Virus record (IMG/VR): IMGVR_UViG_3300049001_000080
Coordinates: 1-64,000 of that record
DNA: 64,000 nucleotides
Direction: 5' to 3' (one strand)
Origin: a virus
Numbering within the stretch: the stretch's first letter is position 1; each line of letters begins with the position of its first letter. The position numbers and the translations under genes are program-made. Under the pieces are notes generated by a model. It made no database searches and had not been told where the DNA came from. It saw only the letters and a program-made list of their open reading frames with translations. Positions 63,961-64,000 of this stretch are shown one piece after another.

Positions 63961-64000
63961 CTGGGGGAGGTGGGTCGACGGCTGGCGGGGGTGCTCAGGT

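Noticed and set aside
1-64000. tRNA/rRNA genes, integrase, att sites
   Set aside because: None recognisable by eye; tRNAscan-SE/Aragorn were not run

Overview
This is a 64-kb piece of a very GC-rich (roughly 70-75%) actinobacterial myovirus genome, with a gene set like the large Bxz1/cluster-C-type actinophages. Almost every real gene is on the minus strand. In transcription order (right to left) it carries four blocks. (1) An accessory island at 59.7-63.9 kb: M50B protease, RyR-domain protein, secreted Cys-rich protein and a UDG-like protein. (2) A neck/contractile-tail module at 33.4-59.6 kb: adaptors, sheath, tube, frameshifted chaperones, tape measure, SLT and NlpC/P60 tail proteins, gp25, an intein-containing baseplate J and two beta-helix tailspikes. 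(3) An accessory/early region at 22.7-33.4 kb: a putative replication initiator with an internal inverted-repeat structure, PAPS-reductase-like protein, orphan Pycsar-effector-like protein, two HEXXH paralogs and Thg1. (4) A near-complete replication/recombination module at 0-22.7 kb: DinG, 5'-3' exonuclease, DnaC, DnaB, primase, J-domain protein, SSB, DnaE, RecA, nucleases, UDG-SLOG fusion, RusA, MazG-like protein and sigma-like factor. The most notable signals are: short patches of AT-rich synonymous codons on conserved catalytic motifs, with the same signature next to the real intein; a 225-bp in-frame cassette bounded by perfect 23-bp inverted repeats inside a Rep-like gene; a LAGLIDADG intein in baseplate J; a five-copy bipartite late-promoter motif; an apparent AUU start codon; and a UDG-SLOG fusion. 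All family assignments come from motif recognition by eye, not database searches.
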